From Heptranchias perlo (taxonomy: Eukaryota): DNA of 64,000 nucleotides. Numbering within the stretch: the stretch's first letter is position 1; every line of letters begins with the position of its first letter. Below the pieces are notes generated by a model that was not told where the DNA came from, ran no database searches, and saw only the letters and a list, made by a program, of their open reading frames with translations. Positions 63,791 to 64,000 of this stretch are shown here, in pieces. The translations under genes and the position numbers were made by a program. The stretch covers positions 16,926,001 through 16,990,000 of the forward strand of contig NC_090342.1 of NCBI RefSeq assembly GCF_035084215.1, written 5' to 3'.

Positions 63791-64000
63791 AGTAGAAGCC
63801 CCAATGTGTTCTGCCCTAAATTCCTCCCTCAACTGACCTCACCAAAAGGGATTAACTGGTCATTTGCTGTTTGTGGGATATTGCTGTGTACAAATTGACT
63901 GCTGCATGACTGTACTTCAGAAATAATTCATTGATGAAGTGCTTTAGGATGTCTTGAGGAAGTGATAAGGTGCTATATAAATGTAAGTTCTTTCTTTTGT

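Overview
Eukaryotic, repeat-dominated intronic or intergenic DNA. It is most likely from a cartilaginous fish (shark), inferred from CR1 LINEs with (TTCTATGA)n-type tails and Deu-domain tRNA SINEs. I could not recognise any host protein-coding gene with confidence. The window holds young and old CR1 LINEs, an L2 remnant, Penelope-like elements with hammerhead ribozyme motifs, three PIF/Harbinger transposon remnants (one complete, nested in an older one), several Harbinger-type MITEs and SINEs. The most unusual object is a 3,334-bp retrotransposon at 1473-4806 (minus strand), whose ends are fixed by its insertion into a CR1 copy. It begins with a tRNA-derived Pol III head (A and B boxes) and has no ORF1. 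It carries one long APE-endonuclease/RT frame with no AUG upstream of the endonuclease. Its sense strand has no TTTT run downstream of the head. A short SINE made of only its 5' and 3' UTRs lies at about 21060-21338. Together these suggest a SINE-headed, possibly Pol III-transcribed and non-AUG-translated LINE with its partner SINE. All alignments and scans were done by eye.
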